Shown here in pieces: positions 38,401 through 45,700 of a stretch of 46,565 nt of DNA (position 1 is its first letter; each line of letters opens with the position of its first letter). Location of the stretch: contig DXJO01000054.1 in NCBI GenBank assembly GCA_019057475.1, forward strand, positions 1-46,565, read 5' to 3'. The notes under the pieces are model-generated. The model made no database searches and had not been told where the DNA came from. It worked only from the letters and a program-made list of their open reading frames with translations. The stretch comes from Candidatus Thorarchaeota archaeon (GTDB lineage Archaea; Asgardarchaeota; Thorarchaeia; Thorarchaeales; Thorarchaeaceae). The translations under genes were made by a program, and so were the position numbers.

Positions 38401-39581
38401 GTGTTGACTTCATCATTGCCATCCTGGTTTCCATCGTAGTCACCCGAAGTTGAGTCATAGTGGGTTCCAGTTGTAGCTTCATCTGTTACAGTTTCATTAA
38501 GATGCCAGACAGCCAAGTAATCTTGAGTCCAAACCGCTTCCGTGTCTGTTATGGAATTAACGAGTGAGTTGCCGTAGTACATTGTGATGACAGTATCAAC
38601 TGAGGCGGATAGGTTCGTCTTGACCCACGCTGTGAGTCGCGCTCGTCCAAGAACTATGTCATAGTCCTGGTCAAACCGCTCAATCTCATGGGAAAGAATG
38701 TTGCTGCCAGATACGAAGATGATGTCTGCCCCGTCGCTCTGACAGCCCGTGTACAGGTCGTAGTCAAGGATGTCGATTAGAACGGGATAGTCAGTGAGGT
38801 CTCCGGACACCCTCGTGTGTTGAACAGTTATGTTCTTGCGATATCTGAATGACCGCAGCAAGTGAGAAGAAGCCCCCGAGGTGGAGTTTGTTGCGGTGTC
38901 CCAGGTGGAGTCGGTTGGATCAATAAGCTCGAATCTTGTCACCGCACCCGTAACCCAAGAGCTTGTAGTCTGAACCTTTAGCTCGTCGTCAACATCGAGT
39001 GTGGCTGAAGAGGACAGAGCTCCGTCACTTGGTCCCAATTGCAGGTCACGTAGATGATTCTCACCCATGAATTCGAATTTCCAAAGCCCATAGGAGTCAA
39101 TTGCGCTCGACTCTACTGTGATGAGCCCCCCTACATACCACCAGTCATCAGGGATAGTTTGGATTACATTCAAGGGGTTCGTCAACGAAACTGGAGTCCA
39201 TTCGTCAAGGGGATAGTCAACAGTGAAGCTCAGGGTTTCAACCTCAGGAGGAGGTGATACCAAGACATATGCAGTCCATGACACTGTGCTACCGTTTGTG
39301 ACTGTGAAGGAGGATCCCGAGGTCATGTCTTCAGAGTAAGTCGTTGTTGAGTCGGTCCAGGATGAACTATTCGTGAAAGTGCCTGAGAAGGCGACATCTA
39401 ATGCAGCTCCATTCCCTGCGTATGTAGCCCCGTTGTCTGCGACAACACCCCAAACTAATGCAGACTCGGATGGTCCCAGAGTGGAAGCCATCGTGCCATC
39501 TCCAATTGGATTCGCTAGAAGTATTAAGAACATGCTAGCCATTAGTACCGTGATTGTGCCGCATTTCATCATCTGTATCAC
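29469..39581 (-). CDS. Giant (3370 aa) type-I membrane surface glycoprotein: signal peptide, DUF2341 + LamG-like domain, many Ig-like repeats, TM helix, ~240-aa cytoplasmic tail
   Basis: N-terminal hydrophobic signal. FRYRKNITV…DYPVLI…HEIERFD…ITMYYGN (DUF2341). AVWHLNE…TISGWF…GQWYYFV…FDGSIDEVRIS (LamG-like). Repeated beta-rich ~100-aa units with many NxS/T sequons. TM at about 30190-30260. Confidence 0.92.
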   Translation of the reverse strand: MIQMMKCGTITVLMASMFLILLANPIGDGTMASTLGPSESALVWGVVADNGATYAGNGAALDVAFSGTFTNSSSWTDSTTTYSEDMTSGSSFTVTNGSTVSWTAYVLVSPPPEVETLSFTVDYPLDEWTPVSLTNPLNVIQTIPDDWWYVGGLITVESSAIDSYGLWKFEFMGENHLRDLQLGPSDGALSSSATLDVDDELKVQTTSSWVTGAVTRFELIDPTDSTWDTATNSTSGASSHLLRSFRYRKNITVQHTRVSGDLTDYPVLIDILDYDLYTGCQSDGADIIFVSGSNILSHEIERFDQDYDIVLGRARLTAWVKTNLSASVDTVITMYYGNSLVNSITDTEAVWTQDYLAVWHLNETVTDEATTGTHYDSTSGDYDGNQDGNDEVNTLFSYGQRFDGTDDMINVTLDKGLDPTGDVTISGWFRLDNNFGASSATSQVIMAKFFSPDDDMHIVLVGSDYTRDPVAPGSFVFKVENNDNTKYIWTQTTSWTAGQWYYFVCTMDASNPSNNQIYINGQPDMNITTTGAAVYSNLTYSAHWGIGGGETDSQLPWLGAMAMYGGWFDGSIDEVRISNVDRTNQLGWIPTAYSNQRFSSTFYNVGSESERPSPDHTFKKVMDSSAAAGLWTARALYNDSGSSVNYRVGIYEREFTVQHGSSLTFDSPGDAIGDGVSTRVIGEGLFIAVNLTDDETSGGVTGATITMNWTVSGVPTQLQLDDLGGGRYGKEVNTTDLSTATRWRINIQSSHPYYADSSTFFDLDLYHPTVLTYHSVSSTPVGFDFTATLVYTNIYTGSPITGATITLDDGSPVTVVWEGGGEYNISIPTAALNRGNHLYTFNASKPSDYVQMASVDIIFTLRPHYTTASVSGDLIVPFGEDTQVTVNFIDLDTGEQVTVSDVASFIFTSSEGTQTDNSPLDYDVTLSTSSWSIGSYAVNLSITLASSDYYAPAQYTFNIDIREHYTSVSVTGVLTRPYGNDTPLTVVLTDLDTGTLVDITDVASFTFSSAYGEQPDSATSYDVILTTDNWDVGTTAVTITVVMSGSDYAAPALYDFDVTIRSLATYLHHEPTDLIFPSGDDFVIILRVNVSEPGNSNDGNPILGLAVGEFSARNATYTFPIAIAALGNGRYRLTIDHSHLTDDDYTITVTVDPNSANHTLDTLVISFIYRAARSYLSSPSYPQVTTPYETDVIISLNYTDVDRLQGITTATITSTGIPIYDITNLGNGMYEVTLDLSGRAKGNYEFNLTASAPQYESKTLTFTLTVRYAYAYALPTVGALGIPVGNDPVFYVTYWDTDNDVPIADATVELLNWPHLPTVKWIQGEQRYRIIFNTTDTDTLEQNRIVTFNFSKGENYQLGIFNITVTIRRHNTDFRLVSAVAPTSYNGVINISVYYGDLDNNVGIDPKSSITHTVENTSGLVISSLEDGPQGKGYYIVQINANQLGLGLQTLNVTFSWTGIGDKYQSKWLTATVNIVGVDSRLTLMLASEPTPYSEVMNYTFFYSDLAGIGIDNSTGDVHIYVSFQGVSVDLSEVDIKEIDQSGQPGNYSIGFNNTIFGKIDRFYMNVFINWTEGVTPFYTNRSDVISVGVLARNTLVSIIPPTPTSYGENATLSFTFDDVTGGGNEPIENSSSMIVSLNLANMSMTYDPLYRIFTVSFNTSQFDAPLGQKSFTLDVTWVGVPFYANRTGRVIFITVIQRQTVLEYSLAPTQYRDNVTFSVIWTDVTGAAATGVTGADVALYDGFTSIPAIYYTITELGGGEYEIDFNTTHYENPGLYSLNVTLTTTRFYMPNVTATRSFDVRPRATILSSVPVYRVAYNLSFEVIVYYQDLITFANIGNGSGYASLDILNGTDWIFSCEWIPSQGYYLLTLQSYPVLEVNRNYVLWINMSYADEKPFYRPNQVFIPFELRHRASTIYVTGELPQSTPYNESISFTLFYEDLDSLNGIENGNLTVYKGGSPLTFGVDYQVSEVGSGSYLITVETTALDGIAITQIVVKANWTLGTPYHNNATMSLSLRVVRRETNVEIEVPPSQTRFLDNVTFTFSFIDVGTEWRVAITKADIVIYNDTQVLAPSLYSFIDQGGNLYVISINSTFLSSGLVDDHNVTVFVDWNDSLPPYYSDDQTSIKVTTANRIGSVSLGQVLVTPMNDNMTLSFDFVDEATGVGIGNAEIQFDCVEVPGLIKDVDYWVFAGTGADAGNYTILVDTAVLDTEFQGGISAFNFILDVTWNPSQSPYYQDITGLKMIGGVRLIQISLTNAPPTPATVPYNDNVSIVITFIDLDHASPINGAGANISVRYKNGSIPSIWVWESVGAGVYNVTMDTHDAGEKGIKTLIIEIDFYPYQSLQIQVSFQLRNRYGLLDATVPPAIYAGDSAVVMVTLVDIDAGDASLPGAALNITWPDSFGITDLLNGSYRIDLSTLVLNYGVEQLLIEAAVLNYDVTPLSLDLILKAITTDIVPTEAAIELYWGNSTTVEIFYNDTLRNLPLTDAVVSYTWAGSPGNLLPTGTDGYYTVTLDTSYVNATTVVVFITAQKPNYITVSTQVTLSILPVPMAVTPIGGIFVFSLPRGEAANLNVSIIDSVNGIPVEGATVYAFWSFVNPENATLTDLGGGIYQYTLDTDLTEAAESYIVTVTALKQNHQAGSISFTIAIIATETQVIFDERSESYVDTFFNWSQIIKVGVYVIAPDLNGTDDYHQWNSTVTWRLGTEEGTFEENSSFPLLGHFYFYFNTTKYDATVHSFTITATPRNLEYQRSSNTTLLRILDIPTSLDNPLTVDKIWGWSGWFNFTLWDLYHDTGVDNESYGIDMAATYSWAGGTDMAKYVGNGDYSIFINTTLMTPSREYYPITISFDKDNFAPRSGTFNLRITAIETEIDIFAPSVNQIEGSTINLQVPWSDTIGITLFYSTAGVTTNDTPYVGGISGATIENAKFTHAKFLEPRNISLVALLEGNYTFSFDTSMYDVSDDPYIFAITLSYGNRTESSIIIRIRIVDIPTQLEMVDDIRAIQVVNQGYVTFDLLFTDAWETHGSSGVMGASWDYNRNDTAAISIDIKSHPTIDGRYVVTIFGKEIDETGGFFIITMFKENYESRVTIAISYEVNPNDNDLLVATTVTYVLPFAAVLIMGVILYVKVLKMPKQLRKINGQIKALRKGKMPKPVKDVRSRQELVAELFNDTFIELEMTRQASQMPEVAIIVDIPELGELLVQLSILTHLNTQELDDFKADISKMLDSEQAAFIKEVIHQEAIRVARREGKSVDEVKELVAEEAQHKIRGVEVLKAPSAEPTVLPSETVILPPEDAEAEDVVTTIKREAKVEAAPSSERLSDYEIKELKKDLEQRGVPPHEIDTILEQAKSLPRDLVEDLIRSLGGQEE

Positions 39582-39615
39582 TTCGAAACTCTTCTGACGA
39601 ATTGCATCCTCTACG

Positions 39616-39641
39616 TGGTCCCACCTACATGCGTGGGACCA
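39616..39641. promoter_or_regulatory. Perfect 9-bp inverted repeat between the TATA-like box and the start of the 3370-aa gene
   Basis: TGGTCCCAC-N8-GTGGGACCA. ATTAATT TATA-like box at about 39651-39657 on the minus strand. Confidence 0.5.
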
Positions 39642-39781
39642 TCTCTAGACAATTAATGTCTTGAACAAAAATCACATAATAATCATTGCTAGGCGGACAC
39701 GTTCGCATAAGGCATATTGATGCCGATTTTTTGGAGAAACAGGCCTATTATTGGAGGGAAGGAGAAGGAGCGGTGATGCCC

Positions 39782-42700
39782 CTATTCCTCCTCGCCGCCG
39801 AGACTCTTAACCAACTCCTCCACAAGGTCTCGTGGGAGGCTCTTGGCCTGCTCCAATATGGTGTCAATTTCGTGTGGAGGCACCCCACGTTGCTCAAGAT
39901 GCTTTCTCAGTTCCTTGATCTCGTAGTCACTGAGCCGGTCGGATGAAGGGGGCATCCCTTCGGCCTCTGGGATAAAGGCTTCCTCCGCCTCTTGAGTTAT
40001 GGCAGCAATCACATCCTCGGTCTTCTCATCCTCGGGCGTCAGTATCACAGGCTCGTCTAGTGCGATTCCTAGGTCGATTCCTGGCACGTCGACAGCCTCT
40101 TCGCCGGCGAGTCTTTTCTTGGCTTCTTCAGCGATCTCTTCTACGACCTCTTCAGGGGTCTTGTTCTCTCTGCGGGCCACTCGAATTGATTCCTGATGAA
40201 TCACTTCTTTCACGAACGCCGCTTGCTCACTCATGCGCATTTTTGAAACATCATCCTTGAACTCATCGAGTTCCGTAGGAGTCAGCCTGGTCAGTATTGA
40301 GAGTTGAATCATGAGCTCGCCCATCTCAGGAATATCGACTTCAACAGATTCGGCAGGCATCTGATAAGCGGTCCGTGTGAGCTCAAGCTCCTGGAAAGTG
40401 TTGTTGAAGAGGTCTGCAATCATCTCCTGTCTGGATTTCACCTCATCGATTGGCTTGGGTATCTTGCCCTTGCTAAGGCTCTTGACCTGACTGTTGATTT
40501 GCCTGAGTCGCTTTGGCACACTCCAAATCTTAACGTAGGCAATAGCTAACAGGACTATGATGAATAGGGATGGCGTGCCAAACATGAATACTGTGTTTAG
40601 CGTTCGGGCCGTTTCTGTGGGGTTAACAGTTACTCTCAACGGTGCATCAAGCTCGCCGTCATCCACGTTGGGCAAGCTCAGGGTAATATCAACGCTAGAC
40701 ACTCCTATATCCTCGCCGAAGAGGATGGAGGCACCACGATACTCGATTACGTAATAGCCGGGCCGTGTCGGGTCTTCGTAAGTGTCAAGGATTTCCAGCA
40801 GTTCGAGAACCGTAGTTTCATCAATCGTGAAGTTGGCTCCGGTGACAAGGGTTCCCTCCGCATGTCCAGGCCATTCATCTATGAATTTCACGACCATCTG
40901 GCCGGCTTGACCGTACTCCAATGACGTATCGACACTGACTATCTCAATTCTAGTCGGGAGAGGTATTATGGTAATCCTAATCTCCTGCAATGCTGTGGTT
41001 CGATTCGCAAGTGCCAGCCTGAGTATCAGCGTGTAGTGGTCGTCCTTTGGCCCAGGTTGACTACCAACAAAGAGCAGCGATATGTCTGTGGTATCAAATA
41101 GATATCTATAGTAACCTCCGCCCAACTCTTCAATTGTGAATAGTTTGGCAATAGGAATCGATGGCCCAGATATGACGTTGAGTGTTAGGTTCGCATTCTC
41201 CAGTCCTCCGACATATCCTTCCGAGGAATCAGTATCGTTGTAGAACAGGGCTATGCCGAGCGTTTCTCCGTATGGGACCACGTACTGTGTCGTGACAAGT
41301 GGGTCTATGTAGATGTCAGGTATACTGAGTACAAGCTCCGTTGGAATGTACAGGACATTTATCCTGACTGAGGAGGGGCCCTCTTGGTAGTTCTCCTTTG
41401 TGAAGATGATGTTCAGTATATAGGATGCTCCAGGATTAAGTGCCCGTGTATCAAATGGTACCAGGTAGGTTCCATTGCCCAGATCCATTGCATTGTCGCG
41501 GTAGGGTCCCACGGTATACGCGCCTGTCGCAGCGGGTATCAGGCCGAATGTTCCATTGAAATGAAATGTAATGTTGCCATTCCAACCCCACACCAAATCA
41601 AGCTCTGATGCTTCGCGTTCTACTGTTGTGGCGATTCGCTTGATGTTTAGAGTTATCTGCGTGGCCGACGAAGCATAGTCAGATGCATTCACCCACGGAC
41701 GAGCTCTGAAGCTTATAGGCCATATACCGAATCCGATGTCGGTCGTATTGAACACTACGAAGTATGTACCGTTGCCCATATTCGTGAAATTTCCATTTGT
41801 TCCAAGCTCAGAAATAAGCCACGAAACTGTTGCGTTGTAGAATAGCGTGTTGCCAATGTCGGGCAGAACCAAGTTCACTCTAAACTCCACAACCTCCGTG
41901 AAGTCTCTTGACATATCCTCTGTGGTGTCCCCGGTAAGCAGTAACTGAGTCTTAGATTGCTCCAACATAATCTTGAATGAGTGTGCTGCAGGTTCATAAT
42001 TCAATAACACTGCGGCAAGTCTAACATCGTAGCTGCCAACTTCAAGCAATGTGGCGTTTCCAGCAGGAATGGTAGTAGTGTAATAGCCAAGTGTGCCGTT
42101 GTACGAAAGGTAGAAGAACTGGCCTTCCAGCTCTGCCCATACCTCTGTTGTTACGTATAGATTTGATATCGGCGCGGAGTTGACAACATCCTCCAGATAC
42201 ATAATGAGATCTACAGCATCGCCTCGGTCGAGGCTTATCACGGCCGCCGAGGGGTTGATGCCAATCATCGCGGAAGGTAAGGATCGCACGATTATTGTCA
42301 CGTAGATGATAGCCGTTTCGAAACGGGTTTTCTGGGCTTCTATTATGAGGATTTTCGTGCCTATATCGTCCAGCGCTGTGTTAATTGATACAACATATGT
42401 GCCTGTTGAGCCCACCTCGGTGAAGGACCCTTGGTCAACCCCTGGCCAATCCCAGGTCACGGTGGCACCAGGTGTCAGGTTGCCCATGAAGAAATTGCGA
42501 TAGTCAACGGAGATGTTTGCCAATTCTGTCCACAAGACTGAGACTTGATCCTCAAAGAGAATAAGTTCGGTTTCAATCTCACGGACTGAGGCAGTCAGCA
42601 CGATTGTAGTCATGTTGGCATAGAATGGTTGCGTTGAGGGGTTCCACGAAACATCGAGATCAAAGCGATATCTATCGATATTAAACAGAGCCAAGGAGTC

Positions 42701-45700
42701 AACGTGGATTGTATACTTGCCAAGGTCACTGCCTAATCCCTCAACTATCCAGAAATCAACATCTCGTGTGAGTGAAACGGTTTGACCATCAAAGCCAATG
42801 AGAGCGCCAACTACGAGAGCCCCTGAATCAGCGTCCGATAGAGTGAAAGAGAAGGTGATGTTCTCGCCAAGCCTAGCGTCTTGAACTACGTCAATAGAAT
42901 AAGCAATGAGTCGCGTAATGGTTTTGACCTTCACTATTGTTGTATCGTCGAAGTAGAAGGGCGGCGTGGCGTCGTTCCAATCAACCTTCACCGTCAGATT
43001 GTAGTTGCTCACCAAATTGGGACTAAGAATCGTGGAGTTAACTGAAACGAAGAATGCGCTACCCACCTGATTCATTATGAAATCCGTGTCTAAGAGGAGG
43101 ACGCCATCAGCCCACAGCTCAATGTTAGAAGCAGTGATGGACGTTATTGCTGTGCCCCGGAGAAGGTCTGTGTAGGCAAATGCGAACGTGACATTGTCCA
43201 GGTATTGCGTGAATAGCGAAGGCACAGTTATCTCGACATTGGTCTCTCTCTTTGTGACCCGGATGCTGACTGTCATATCTGCGGCTTCATGATAAGGCCA
43301 GCCCCCTATCCAAGTAGCAAAGACGTCAACTTCAGTGATGCCGAGACCATCGAGTGCTGTCGTGTTAACAGAGATTGTGTAGTACCCACTGCCATCGTTA
43401 GTGATTAGATAGTCAGTTCCCTCCACCAGTGGCGTAACGCCTTTCTGCAAGCTGATGTCATCGATGCCGATCACAATGCCGACGGAGCTGGCTACATCGC
43501 GATAGAACACCTGGAACACTGCATAGTCGAGATACGGGGTTGAATCGGGGGGCTCTTCGAGGTCGAGCGAGGATGTTCGCTGTCTAAGCTCGAAGGTGAC
43601 GTATGTGTCATCCGGCCCGTAGAATGGACTCAGGTCCGCGTATCTCATCCTCAGCCAGAACGTGTATTCTGTGTTGATGACAAGCTCAGGATGGTTGTAA
43701 GTTTCAACAATGAATTCGTAGTTCTGGAATGCAGGCTTCCACTCGATGCTGTAGAACCAGCTGGAATCGTTGAGTAGTTCAAGAGTCACGTGGCTGGACC
43801 CGTTGCCGATTGCTTCCAGAGTGAGCAAGTCTTGGAAGTTTAGTACGAACTGAAGCGATAAGTTGTAAGGCTGCTTGTCAGTTGGTTCGGATGAAAGCAG
43901 CGTGACTCGATATCTGACATTGAATGAACGTTCCGTTGATATATCAAGAATATAAGATTCGGGAACCGTCAGTCGTGCTTCCAAATCAAATATTCCCGGA
44001 GTGGTGTAGTATGTCGTGTTGAACTCGACACTGTACTCACCATCCTGAATCCAAGTCCAGGTATAGTACATGCCAGGAATAGGTGTGCCTTCATCGTACA
44101 GGGTCACTGTCGCGCCCGTGATTCCTGTTATGAGTGCTGTAGTGACATCAGTCCAGTTGAGCAGGAATGTAACATTGTTCATGTAGGGTGTATGTGCAGG
44201 GGACTGGTAGTCAAGGACTGTTAGTCTGGCAATGACTGTAACGGTTATCGTGTGTCCTGTCCGATTGGTATAGAATGGCGCACCCGCCCATTTGACGTCT
44301 AGAGTAAAGGGCTTCTGACCGAGTGAGACTCCGAACTGACTTGTATCAAATGACACTGTAAATAGTCTGGTGGTTGAGTTGTAGTTGAGAGCGTGCTCTG
44401 CAAGACTGATAGAGATTGATAGTGCGAGGTCATCCTCAATTGACACGCTGCTGCTGCCCGTAACGTCGTCATAGGAGAACGAGAAAGTTGCGTTCTCGCC
44501 ATAGGATGTTGGAGTTGGTGGGACTATTGACACAAGCGTATCTCTAGTCAGGACTCTAACAGAGATGACATCCGTACGATTAGCATAGAACGGTGCAACA
44601 CCCTTTGACCAGTTGATGTAGACATTCATGTAAATGAGACCAGTATGCCCGAACACAGTCGTGTTGAACTCAATCGAGTAGTTGCCCGGTTGTGTGGCCG
44701 AGTAGTCCGTTATCGTGATCTGTGACGGGTCCACTGACTCACCCTGGAAACTCACGTAGATATGGACGTGGTTAGTGAGGTTGTCTATCCCCAGACCACC
44801 AGTGACATCACTGTAGAAGAAGATATAGCTCATATTGCCGAGATACGGCGTAGGTTCGGATGCGACTAGCAGAGTAAGGCTCGACTCCACCCCGATGATG
44901 TTCACCGTGGCAACGAGGGTCCTGTTCTGGTATGTGTAGACAGGCGCAGTCCAGTTGACATAGACGGTGAATGTCTGCATGCCCTGTGGGAACTGTGAAG
45001 CGGAAATCCGCAAGATGTAGAAGCCCGACCCCAGGGCTGTATCGTTGTAGGGGGTAAATGCAACATCGTTCGTTGCATTCTTCACACGGAACTCAGCGTA
45101 ATGGGACATGATGCCCTCAGGGTTATCTAGGTCACCGTAGTACACCGAGATGTTGATTACTCCGATGTAGCTAGTTGGTTCCACAGCACTGACAAGTCTG
45201 AAGTCAGTGTTATGCATCCTTATTGTGATAGAGATCGTGAAGGTTCCATTCTGGTAGTTGCCCTTGTAGAAGGTTATGTTCACGACATAGTTCTGTCGAA
45301 GGGCGTCTGTGTCCAGAGTTGGGAGCGTTACTTGATAGCGCTGTTCTCCGCCGATATAGACGACAGTCAGGGCATGATCCCAGTCGGAAACCCAGTTGGC
45401 ACCTTCGACCGGCACATCATGATCAATGTCCCAGTATTCCACGTAGAATTGGGGGTCATTCCCAACAGGGATATCCAATACTCCAACAGTGGGAATAGCA
45501 TAGGTGTAGGCGACTCGTATCAACACCGTGAAGGTCAGGTACTTGAGTTCATATCCACCCTTATTTGCTGTAAGATTGAACTCGTGTGGTCCTTCAGATA
45601 GACCAGTGACATCTATCCAGAGTGTGTAGGTGCCATCGCCAACATCAACAACAGTGTAGATGTTTATACTCTCATTTCCGATTGTCGCACCATCTATGCC

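Noticed and set aside
29650-45601. Many short antisense or alternate-frame ORFs inside the giant genes and other long CDSs
   Set aside because: Shadow ORFs fully nested in well-supported genes, with no motifs or ribosome-binding sites.
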